Below, one piece after another: positions 29,106 through 37,458 of a stretch of 64,000 nucleotides of DNA. Both the position numbers and the translations under genes were made by a program. The notes under the pieces were generated by a model. That model had not been told where the DNA came from. It worked only from the letters and a program-made list of their open reading frames with translations, and did no database searches. Every line of letters starts with the position of its first letter. Within the stretch, counting starts at the first letter, position 1. This DNA comes from Bacteroidales bacterium. Its GTDB lineage: Bacteria; Bacteroidota; Bacteroidia; Bacteroidales; JAAYJT01. The stretch spans positions 2,740 to 66,739 of the forward strand of contig JAXMKY010000026.1 of the NCBI GenBank assembly GCA_034370405.1, written 5' to 3'.

Positions 29106-30065
29106 ATGAAGAGCTTAAGAATATTTGATCTCATCTTTTTCTTTCTGCTGCTTGGATTGGGTGCTTCTGCCCAACAGGAACCACAGTTTAGCCAGAATAT
29201 GTTTAATCATATGACGGTAAATCCGGGTTATGCTGGTTTGAGCAATGCTATATGCGCTACCGGTTTGATGAGGCAACAATGGATAGGATTTACAGATGCA
29301 GAAGGCAATCGTATTTCGCCCGAAACATTCCTGATGTCGGTTGATGCCACTATTCCTGTGTTACGCGGAGGCATTGGCGGTACTGTGATGCAGGATAAAA
29401 TAGGATTCTTCACTACCAACATAGTAAAACTGGGATATTCCTATCATAAGAAATTTCCTGAGGCCACCTTGGGAATTGGATTGCAGGTGGGGTTCAATAA
29501 TACCATACTTGATGCCAATAAATTTTTACCGGTTGATAGCAGCGACCCATTGCTCGACAGGCTTAAAGGAAGCGAGCTCAACAACATGATGCTTGACATG
29601 AGCCTTGGGCTTTTTTATCAAGTTCCGGGCAGATATTACGCTGGCCTTTCTTCATCAAGAATTTTGCAAAACAGCAAAGAGATTGGAGAAGGAACTGGTG
29701 CAAACATTAATTTCCGTCGGCACTATTATCTATCGGCCGGATATCACTTCCCCTTGTCAGGAAATTCCAATTTTGAGGTCATCCCATCACTATTTATTAA
29801 ATCAGATGGTTCTACGTTTCAATATGATCTGAATTCGTTGGTTGTTGTCAATCAGAAATATTGGGGTGGGATGAGCTTTCGTTTGCAAGATGCTATTGTG
29901 CTGATGTTTGGGCTTTCGTTCAACGAGCTACGGGTTGGCTATTCATATGACATACCTGTTTCGGCTGTAGGTGCATCGGGAAGTCATGAAATTATGATTA
30001 ACTATTGTTTTAAAATTGAGGTTGAAAAAATACGAAAAAGCTATCGTAATACCCGTTTCCTTTAA
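29106..30065 (+). CDS. porP: PorP/SprF family T9SS outer-membrane protein
   Basis: The signal peptide is followed by QQEPQFSQNMFNHMTVNPGYAG, the PorP/SprF hallmark. The protein ends ..YRNTRFL. It lies directly upstream of gldK. Alternative starts are TTG 29082 and ATG 29085. Confidence 0.88.
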   Translation: MKSLRIFDLIFFFLLLGLGASAQQEPQFSQNMFNHMTVNPGYAGLSNAICATGLMRQQWIGFTDAEGNRISPETFLMSVDATIPVLRGGIGGTVMQDKIGFFTTNIVKLGYSYHKKFPEATLGIGLQVGFNNTILDANKFLPVDSSDPLLDRLKGSELNNMMLDMSLGLFYQVPGRYYAGLSSSRILQNSKEIGEGTGANINFRRHYYLSAGYHFPLSGNSNFEVIPSLFIKSDGSTFQYDLNSLVVVNQKYWGGMSFRLQDAIVLMFGLSFNELRVGYSYDIPVSAVGASGSHEIMINYCFKIEVEKIRKSYRNTRFL

Positions 30066-30162
30066 CTTACAGTTTTATGTATAGCCTGCTGATTTGAAAA
30101 TCCACTAAATAATAAAGTCGTATATAAATCGTTAATGCATAACATAACCCGAAATAAATAAT

Positions 30163-31518
30163 ATGAAAAGATTAATTTTCTACTTCGCAGGGCTTTTGTT
30201 GCTTGCTAGCTGCAGCAGCTCTGGCAAAGGCGAATTGGTGGGAGTGTCGAAGCGTCCCAGGTTTTATCAGCCCGATCCTTACGGTATGGTGTATATTCCA
30301 ATGGGTAGTTACACCATGGGGGTGGGCGATGAGAATATTCCGGGAACTATGGATTATCAGCCCAAAACTGTTTCTGTTTCAGCTTTTTATATGGACGAAA
30401 CCGAAATAACCAATAACGAGTACCGGCAATTTGTACACTGGGTCAGAGACTCAATTGCAAGGGTAAAATTGGGAGAATCCTTGCCTGAATTGTATTTGAT
30501 CGAAGAAAATAAGAAAACAGGGGAAGTGTATGACCCGCCCATTCTTAACTGGGGAAAGCCCATAAAGTGGAATGGGGAAGAAGAACGCGAGATTCTTGCT
30601 GAGATGTTTTTGCCCGAAAATGAAAGGTATTTCCGCCGTAAAGAAATTGATACGCGCAAACTTTTTTATGAGTATTATTGGGTAGATTTGCGTGCTGCAG
30701 CTTCGAAAGATTACAGTGGTGGAGACCCTAAAAACGCTGCGTTTGCCAACCGCCCCCAAGGTATGCGCGATCGCTCGGTGTATGTGCGCAAAGAGACTAT
30801 TAATATTTATCCTGACACATTAGTTTGGCTGCACGATTATTCTTATTCCTTCAACGACCCGCTGGCCGAAAATTATTTCTGGCATCCTGCTTTCGACCAT
30901 TACCCTGTTGTTGGCGTAAATTGGCGTCAGGCAAGGGCTTTCTCGATATGGAGAACTCAGTATCTAAATAGCTTTCTGGCCAGCAGGGAACAAGCTATTA
31001 TGATGGATTTTCGCCTCCCCACCGAAGCTGAATGGGAATGGGCCGCGCGTGGCGGTAATGCACTTAGTCCTTATCCCTGGGGTGGTCCTTATTGCCGTAA
31101 CGAAAAAGGCTGTTTTCTGGCCAACTTCAAACCCTTACGAGGCGATTATGCTGCCGATGGCGGCTTGGCTACGCTGGTGGTCGGTCATTTCCCACCCAAC
31201 GATTTTGGCTTGTACGATATGGCAGGAAATGTTGCAGAGTGGACAGTGGACGCCTTCCACAGTTCAGCCTATAACTTCACATGGGACATGAATCCTTCAT
31301 ATACCTTTAACGCTAAGGATACCGATCCACCCATCCTAAAGCGAAAAGTGGTTCGCGGAGGTTCCTGGAAAGACGTATCCTATTATCTGCAAAACACCAC
31401 CCGCAGCTACGAATACCAGGATACCGCAAAATCTTATATCGGCTTCCGCAATGTGCAGGGTTTCCTCGGACGCCAAAAAGGTGATAACCCACGCAGGGCT
31501 TCAAAAATTTACAACTAA
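30163..31518 (+). CDS. gldK: Gliding motility / T9SS lipoprotein GldK (PorK), FGE-sulfatase fold
   Basis: The lipobox is LLASCSSSGKGELVGV. SUMF1-type motifs are present (NNEYRQFV, GGSWKD, IGFR). Position in porP-K-L-M-N order fits. Confidence 0.95.
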   Translation: MKRLIFYFAGLLLLASCSSSGKGELVGVSKRPRFYQPDPYGMVYIPMGSYTMGVGDENIPGTMDYQPKTVSVSAFYMDETEITNNEYRQFVHWVRDSIARVKLGESLPELYLIEENKKTGEVYDPPILNWGKPIKWNGEEEREILAEMFLPENERYFRRKEIDTRKLFYEYYWVDLRAAASKDYSGGDPKNAAFANRPQGMRDRSVYVRKETINIYPDTLVWLHDYSYSFNDPLAENYFWHPAFDHYPVVGVNWRQARAFSIWRTQYLNSFLASREQAIMMDFRLPTEAEWEWAARGGNALSPYPWGGPYCRNEKGCFLANFKPLRGDYAADGGLATLVVGHFPPNDFGLYDMAGNVAEWTVDAFHSSAYNFTWDMNPSYTFNAKDTDPPILKRKVVRGGSWKDVSYYLQNTTRSYEYQDTAKSYIGFRNVQGFLGRQKGDNPRRASKIYN

Positions 31519-31583
31519 CTCGTTAATTAAATAAGAATACTTACATACATATAATCTGTTAAATCCTTTAAATATTTCATGAA

Positions 31584-32627
31584 ATGGGCCTTAAACAATT
31601 AGTTCAGAGCAGGGGTTTCCGAAACTTCATGTCCAAACTTTACGGTTGGGGAGCTGCAGTAGTTATCCTGGGTGCACTCTTTAAAATAAATCACTACCAG
31701 TATGCAAACGAGATGCTAATAGTCGGGTTGGGTACCGAAGCATTGATTTTCTTCTTTTCTGGGTTTGAGCCACCCCATGTTGAGCCCGACTGGAGTCTCG
31801 TTTATCCTCAGCTAGGTCACATGTATCATCTCGAAAAGGGTTCTGAAGTTGTTCACCCTGCTGCTGCCCAGAAGGGAGGCAGCATTGTTCGCGAATTGGA
31901 TAAAATACTTGAGGAAGCGAAAATAGATCCGGTGCTACTGCAAAGCCTGGGCGACGGTATGCGCAAACTGAGCGAAAACACTTCACGACTATCCAATCTT
32001 TCATCTGCTGCTGTGGCAAGCGATGATTTTATTATCAGCATGAAGGCGGCCGCTAACTCGGTGGAGAAATTATCGGAATCATCAAAAAAATCATCCGAAC
32101 TCCACGATAGAGACGCTCAGGCTACCGATGAATATATCAACAACGTACGCAAAGCTTCACAAAAAGTGGCCGATCTGAGTAATATTTATATCGAGGCGAG
32201 CACTTCTATGAAAAGCGATTTGAATGCTACCGCTGATTTCGCTAATGCGATGAAGAGCGCAACCCAATCGGCTAACAATCTGACTGATAAATATACGAAA
32301 TCGGCCGAACTTATTGCTAAATCGGCTGAAAGCCTAGATTTAAGCAAGGTTGACAGCGAAGCCTATAGCTTGCAACTCAAAAAAGTTTCGAGTAACCTGT
32401 CGTCATTGAATACTACCTATGAAATGCAATTGCAAAGTCTCAATCAACAAATTGACAGCAGCACAAAAATTCATTCATCGGTAAACCAGCTGCTTAACAA
32501 TCTTTCGCAGACTTCGGATAATATGACTAAATATCGTGAGGAAATGGATACATTGACGAGGAGAATTGCAGCACTCAACAGTGTTTATGGCAATATGCTA
32601 TCGGCCATGAATCTTAACATCAAATAA
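31584..32627 (+). CDS. gldL: Gliding motility / T9SS protein GldL (PorL)
   Basis: The two N-terminal TM helices are YGWGAAVVILGALFKINHY / MLIVGLGTEALIFFFSGFEP. A long Ser/Asn/Ala-rich helical tail follows. Synteny fits. Confidence 0.92.
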   Translation: MGLKQLVQSRGFRNFMSKLYGWGAAVVILGALFKINHYQYANEMLIVGLGTEALIFFFSGFEPPHVEPDWSLVYPQLGHMYHLEKGSEVVHPAAAQKGGSIVRELDKILEEAKIDPVLLQSLGDGMRKLSENTSRLSNLSSAAVASDDFIISMKAAANSVEKLSESSKKSSELHDRDAQATDEYINNVRKASQKVADLSNIYIEASTSMKSDLNATADFANAMKSATQSANNLTDKYTKSAELIAKSAESLDLSKVDSEAYSLQLKKVSSNLSSLNTTYEMQLQSLNQQIDSSTKIHSSVNQLLNNLSQTSDNMTKYREEMDTLTRRIAALNSVYGNMLSAMNLNIK

Positions 32628-32673
32628 TTACCCCAGCTTTAGCTATTAACAAAACAACAATAACTAGTTTTAT

Positions 32674-34260
32674 ATGGCCGGATACAAAGAAACACCGCGA
32701 CAAAAAATGATTGCCATGATGTACCTGGTGCTCACGGCATTATTGGCGCTGAATGTTTCGGTTGAAGTACTCGAAGCATTTGTTGTGGTGAACGAGAGTA
32801 TGGAAGCAACCAATGAAAATTTTGCAAACAAGATTGAAGGCGTATATTATAAATTTGATCAGCAATACCTTTTAAATAAACCAAGGGTGGGCCCCTTTTA
32901 CGAAAAGGCTAAGGAAGTAAAAGTATTGTCGGAAAACCTGATCAACTATATCCGCCAGGTGAAATACGAGGCCATCTCAAAATCGGAAGGAATCGGCCTG
33001 GAAGAAGCTTCGCTATCACAATTAAGAAACCTCAAGTCCAAGGATAAATACGATGTTACGACCAATTATTTTATTGGCAACTCGCAGGATGGTTCGGCCG
33101 GGGAGGCCAAAGTGCTGAAAAACAGGATTCAAGATTACAAAGAGAAGGTATTGAATCTTGTAGAACCAGCCGATAGGGACAGAATAAGGATAGGACTGGA
33201 TATTGACGGGCCCTTTCACGATAAGAGTGGCAAAGCACTAAACTGGGAGATGCAATTTTTCTATCATACCATCCTTGCCGCCAATGTCACTTTCCTGAAC
33301 AAGCTGATAAACGAAGTGCAGAATGCTGAGTATGACATAGTTAACTATCTTTATGCATCGGTTGACGCAGAAAGTTTCAAATTCGATGATATTGAAGCAA
33401 AAGTGATACCTTCGAGCAACTATGTTTTTCTTGGCGACCGCTACGAAGCAGAGATTCTGGTGGCTGCCTACGATTCGAAAAGCAATCCCGAGGTATTGAT
33501 TGTTGACGGCGCCGATCGTATTACTGAACAAAGCCTTCGCCAGGCAAGACCGGTTGCAGGAAAGGATGGCGTTGTAAAAATTACGATACCTGCCACCAGT
33601 GAAGGTATGAAAAGGTATGCAGGGGTTATTCGCGTTCCGACTCCTACAGGCGAAATCAAGTCGTATCCCTTCAGCCATCAATACCTAGTGGCCAGGCCTT
33701 CGCTCACAGTTTCTGCTACTAAAATGAATGTTTTTTATACTGGTGTTGACAATCCCGTTTCAATTTCAGTTGCAGGTATGTCCACCAGCCAGATTCAGCC
33801 GACCATTTCAGCAGGTAGCATACGCAGTGTTGGTAATGAATGGATTGTACGGGTGCCTGATGTTCAAAGAGCGGTAATCACCGTGATAGCGGACGGCAAG
33901 AACATGGGCACAACAGAGTTTCGTGTAAAAAGAGTTCCAAATCCTATTCCAACCATTGCAAACATCGAAGGCGGCAATCTTGAAAAAAACAGGCTCTTAC
34001 TTGCATCAGCCATCATTCCTACTATGCCGGCAGATTTTGAGTTCGATCTTAATTTCCAGATCACCTCTTTCACTTTTATCGGTGTCCGTTCGGGTGGCGA
34101 CATTTTTAACAGGGATGCCCGTGGAAACCGCTTTACCGACGAGATGCGCACTTATATTGAGAATATGCGCCGAGGCGAAAAAATTTGGCTCGAAAATATC
34201 TATGCAACTGGTCCTGACGGCACACGCCGCCTTGCAACAATTAACTTAACCATTCAGTAA
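32674..34260 (+). CDS. gldM: Gliding motility / T9SS protein GldM (PorM)
   Basis: The N-terminus ETPRQKMIAMMYLVLTALLALNVS is present. Size is 528 aa and synteny fits. Confidence 0.95.
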   Translation: MAGYKETPRQKMIAMMYLVLTALLALNVSVEVLEAFVVVNESMEATNENFANKIEGVYYKFDQQYLLNKPRVGPFYEKAKEVKVLSENLINYIRQVKYEAISKSEGIGLEEASLSQLRNLKSKDKYDVTTNYFIGNSQDGSAGEAKVLKNRIQDYKEKVLNLVEPADRDRIRIGLDIDGPFHDKSGKALNWEMQFFYHTILAANVTFLNKLINEVQNAEYDIVNYLYASVDAESFKFDDIEAKVIPSSNYVFLGDRYEAEILVAAYDSKSNPEVLIVDGADRITEQSLRQARPVAGKDGVVKITIPATSEGMKRYAGVIRVPTPTGEIKSYPFSHQYLVARPSLTVSATKMNVFYTGVDNPVSISVAGMSTSQIQPTISAGSIRSVGNEWIVRVPDVQRAVITVIADGKNMGTTEFRVKRVPNPIPTIANIEGGNLEKNRLLLASAIIPTMPADFEFDLNFQITSFTFIGVRSGGDIFNRDARGNRFTDEMRTYIENMRRGEKIWLENIYATGPDGTRRLATINLTIQ

Positions 34261-34303
34261 ACAATTGTTCTTAAATTGATTAACAATATAATCAGATAGT
34301 AAC

Positions 34304-35161
34304 ATGAAAAAAATAATCATTGCCGCAGTTTTTCTATGCCTGTGTACCGTTATTGGAACCCTTGCTGTGGCACAGATTCTTGACCTTCCGCCACGCGATG
34401 CCGTTTATGACAAACAACATATCCAGGACAATACGCCGATTCCTTATCCCTACGTGAGGGAAGCTGACGTGATGTGGTCGAAACGTGTATGGCGTATGAT
34501 TGACCTGCGCGAAAAAATGAATCAACCGTTCTATTATCCTGAATATCCGCAAACCGACTGGCGCAACCTTATCACTGTGTTTATGGACGCACTAAAGGAA
34601 GGCACACTCACTGCCTATGACGCCAATACGCCATCTGACGAATTCCTTGTACCGTTATATTACAATGAGTTGATGAAACGCATGGAAAGAACGGAAACCA
34701 TGCGTTTAAAAAGACCCTATCCGCCCTATAACGATTTTGACACTATCATCACCAGAAAATTCAGCGCAATGGATGTGAAACGTTTCCGTGTAAAGGAAGA
34801 CTGGTTTTTCGACAAACAGCGCTCGGTGATAGAAGTGAGAATTATGGGTATCTGCCCTGTTCGCGATAATTTCGACGAACGCGGCGAATTTCGTGGATAT
34901 GAGCCTTTGTTCTGGATTTATTTCCCCGAAGCACGCAATGTACTTGCCAAGGCGGAAGTGTTTAACCGTAGAAACAACGCACAAAGACTCACCTATGATG
35001 ATGTGTTTATGAAAAGGCTTTTCGCTAGCTATATCTACAAAGAACAAAATGAATACGACCGCCAGATAAGTGATTATGCCTTAGGGCTTGATGCTTTGCT
35101 CGAATCTGAAAGGATTAAAAACGAAATTTTCTTATGGGAGTCTGACCTTTGGGAATACTAA
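34304..35161 (+). CDS. gldN: Gliding motility / T9SS protein GldN (PorN)
   Basis: 285 aa with a signal peptide. YPYVREADVMWSKRVWRMIDLREKMN and VKEDWFFDKQRS are present. It is last in the cluster and is followed by a strong terminator. Confidence 0.92.
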   Translation: MKKIIIAAVFLCLCTVIGTLAVAQILDLPPRDAVYDKQHIQDNTPIPYPYVREADVMWSKRVWRMIDLREKMNQPFYYPEYPQTDWRNLITVFMDALKEGTLTAYDANTPSDEFLVPLYYNELMKRMERTETMRLKRPYPPYNDFDTIITRKFSAMDVKRFRVKEDWFFDKQRSVIEVRIMGICPVRDNFDERGEFRGYEPLFWIYFPEARNVLAKAEVFNRRNNAQRLTYDDVFMKRLFASYIYKEQNEYDRQISDYALGLDALLESERIKNEIFLWESDLWEY

Positions 35162-35181
35162 CATCATATAAACCCACAATG

Positions 35182-35216
35182 AAAAGCCCTCTGGAAAAGG
35201 AGGGCTTTTTTGTTTT
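35182..35216 (+). terminator. Rho-independent terminator after gldN
   Basis: aaaagccctc (35182-35191) pairs with gagggctttt (35200-35209). The core is GC-rich, and ttttttgtttt follows. Confidence 0.8.
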
Positions 35217-35218
35217 CA

Positions 35219-35226
35219 TACCTTTG
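35219..35226 (+). promoter_or_regulatory. -7 box TACCTTTG upstream of recG
   Basis: Exact match immediately after the gldN terminator, 24 bp upstream of ATG 35250. Confidence 0.5.
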
Positions 35227-35249
35227 TGGCGCCACAATCGTACTCGCAA

Positions 35250-37355
35250 ATGTTTCAACCTTTTTTGCAAACACCCGTCGAATACCTGAAAGGGGTTGGC
35301 CCGTCGAGGGCTGAAACCCTCCGCAGGGAGTTGAACATCCAAACTTTTGGCGATTTGATCTATTTTTTTCCTCTTCGCTATATAGATCGCAGCAAGATTT
35401 TGAATATCAGCGAAATATATTCCGAAGCCGCCTATATCCAGGTGAAAGGCAAGCTGCTGGGGCTACAAGAAATAGGTACGAAAAGAGCAGCCAGGTTGGT
35501 GGGAAGGCTTCAGGACGAAACCGGTGAAATTGAGTTGGTGTGGTTCCAGGGTTTGCGTTGGATCAGGGAAAAAATTCGTCCAGGGGTCGAATATCTCGTG
35601 TTTGGAAAACCTTCATTGTTCAACAACAAGCTTAATATTGTGCATCCTGAGATTGAGCCACTTGCGGAGGCAAAAATCCTTACAGGCGAACCCTGGCAGC
35701 CTTTTTACAGTTCAACTGAGAAGCTGAAGGCCAAGGGCTTGAACAGCAAGGGTATGGCAACCATCATGCGTAATTTGTTAAACCAGGCTATAAATAATAT
35801 ACCCGAGAACTTACCTGAAAGGTTAATAACTTCGTTGAAACTGCCGAGCCGCGATAAAGCCTTGATGCATATCCATTTCCCGGCTGATGACATATCGCTT
35901 GTGCAAGCAACCAAAAGACTGAAGTTCGATGAGTTGTTTTTCAACCAACTACCCCTGCTCCAGAACCGGCAGCACAGGAAAACCAGTATAAATGGGCTTG
36001 TTTACACCAATATCGGTAAATATTTTAAGGCGTTTTACCACGAATATCTTCCTTTTGAACTCACTGGTGCCCAAAAAAAAGTATTACGCGAAATTCGTAC
36101 CGATACCAGGTCGGGCAAACAGATGAACAGGCTGTTGCAAGGCGATGTGGGATGCGGAAAAACAGTAGTTGCACTGATGACAGCACTCATGGCAATTGAT
36201 AATGGCTACCAAGCCTGTTTGATGGCTCCCACCGAAATTCTTGCCAGCCAACATTATGAAACACTTTTGCGCATGCTCAACGGCATGGACATCAGCATTG
36301 AACTCCTTACAGGTTCAACTAAAAATGCCAACAGGCAGGAAATTCATTCCAGGTTGCTCGAAGGCACACTTAACCTGTTAATCGGAACCCATGCCCTGAT
36401 TGAAGAGAGTGTGAAATTTAAAAACCTTGGACTTGCTATTATTGATGAGCAACATCGTTTTGGAGTGGAGCAACGCGCCAAGCTTTGGCAGAAAAGCACA
36501 ATCTTGCCTCATGTATTGGTAATGACCGCAACCCCCATTCCGCGCACCTTGGCCATGACCCTTTACGGTGACCTGGATCATTCGGTAATTGATGAGTTGC
36601 CGCCCGGACGAAGACCGGTGAAAACTATACATTATTACGATACCCATCGCCTCAGGGTGTTTGGATTCATCAAAGAGCAAATCAGCCAAGGGCGACAAGT
36701 TTACGTGGTTTATCCATTGATCAACGAATCGGAAACCCTCGACCTGAAAGACCTGATGGACGGGTATGAGAGTATCGTTCGTGAATTTCCCCTGCCACAC
36801 TATGCTGTAAGCATCGTTCACGGACAGATGAGGCCGGCCGATAAGGATTATGAGATGCAGCGCTTTGTAAAAGGCGAAACACAAATTATGGTGGCCACAA
36901 CGGTGATTGAGGTGGGTGTTGATGTGCCGAATGCCTCCGTTATGGTAATCGAAAGTGCCGAAAGGTTTGGATTGTCGCAGTTGCATCAGTTGCGCGGACG
37001 TGTGGGCCGTGGAGCTGAACAGAGTTATTGCATCCTTATGAGCAAGGTAGAGCTTTCGGGCGATGCCCGAAAACGCCTTGCCACCATGGTTCAAACGAAC
37101 GATGGGTTTGAAATCGCCAATGTTGATCTGCAGCTTCGCGGACCAGGAGAGATACACGGTACCAAACAAAGCGGCGAAGTTGATTTCAGGTTAGTTGACC
37201 TGTCGAAAGACGGAAAAATACTGGAGGCAGCCCGAAAAGTGATAGAAGAAATGCTGGCAAATGACCCGGAACTCAGAAGCGAAGCAAACCAACCCATTGT
37301 CAGTTACCTTCAACAAAACGCACAACAGCATTTGCGATGGGGGCGTATTTCCTGA
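35250..37355 (+). CDS. recG: ATP-dependent DNA helicase RecG
   Basis: VEYLKGVGPSRAE is present, with Walker A GDVGCGKTVVA, DEQH (IIDEQHRFGV) and QLHQLRGRVGRG. ATG 35250 is preferred because the GTG at 35226 lies inside the TACCTTTG promoter box. Confidence 0.95.
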   Translation: MFQPFLQTPVEYLKGVGPSRAETLRRELNIQTFGDLIYFFPLRYIDRSKILNISEIYSEAAYIQVKGKLLGLQEIGTKRAARLVGRLQDETGEIELVWFQGLRWIREKIRPGVEYLVFGKPSLFNNKLNIVHPEIEPLAEAKILTGEPWQPFYSSTEKLKAKGLNSKGMATIMRNLLNQAINNIPENLPERLITSLKLPSRDKALMHIHFPADDISLVQATKRLKFDELFFNQLPLLQNRQHRKTSINGLVYTNIGKYFKAFYHEYLPFELTGAQKKVLREIRTDTRSGKQMNRLLQGDVGCGKTVVALMTALMAIDNGYQACLMAPTEILASQHYETLLRMLNGMDISIELLTGSTKNANRQEIHSRLLEGTLNLLIGTHALIEESVKFKNLGLAIIDEQHRFGVEQRAKLWQKSTILPHVLVMTATPIPRTLAMTLYGDLDHSVIDELPPGRRPVKTIHYYDTHRLRVFGFIKEQISQGRQVYVVYPLINESETLDLKDLMDGYESIVREFPLPHYAVSIVHGQMRPADKDYEMQRFVKGETQIMVATTVIEVGVDVPNASVMVIESAERFGLSQLHQLRGRVGRGAEQSYCILMSKVELSGDARKRLATMVQTNDGFEIANVDLQLRGPGEIHGTKQSGEVDFRLVDLSKDGKILEAARKVIEEMLANDPELRSEANQPIVSYLQQNAQQHLRWGRIS

Positions 37356-37415
37356 GAAGCAGTCAAAACCAGCAGTTTTCCTTGCATTTTTAAAGCCGCT
37401 TTTCACCTTAATCCT

Positions 37416-37423
37416 TACTTTTG
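37416..37423 (+). promoter_or_regulatory. -7 box TACTTTTG upstream of pheT
   Basis: Exact match, 36 bp upstream of ATG 37459. Confidence 0.5.
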
Positions 37424-37458
37424 TGCTCTTTATTTAGCAAATCATAATTTGTTTCCGC

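Noticed and set aside
36378-37169. A 263-aa minus-strand ORF.
   Set aside because: It is antisense to the RecG helicase core (motifs DEQH and QxxGRxGR are on the + strand), so it is a shadow ORF.
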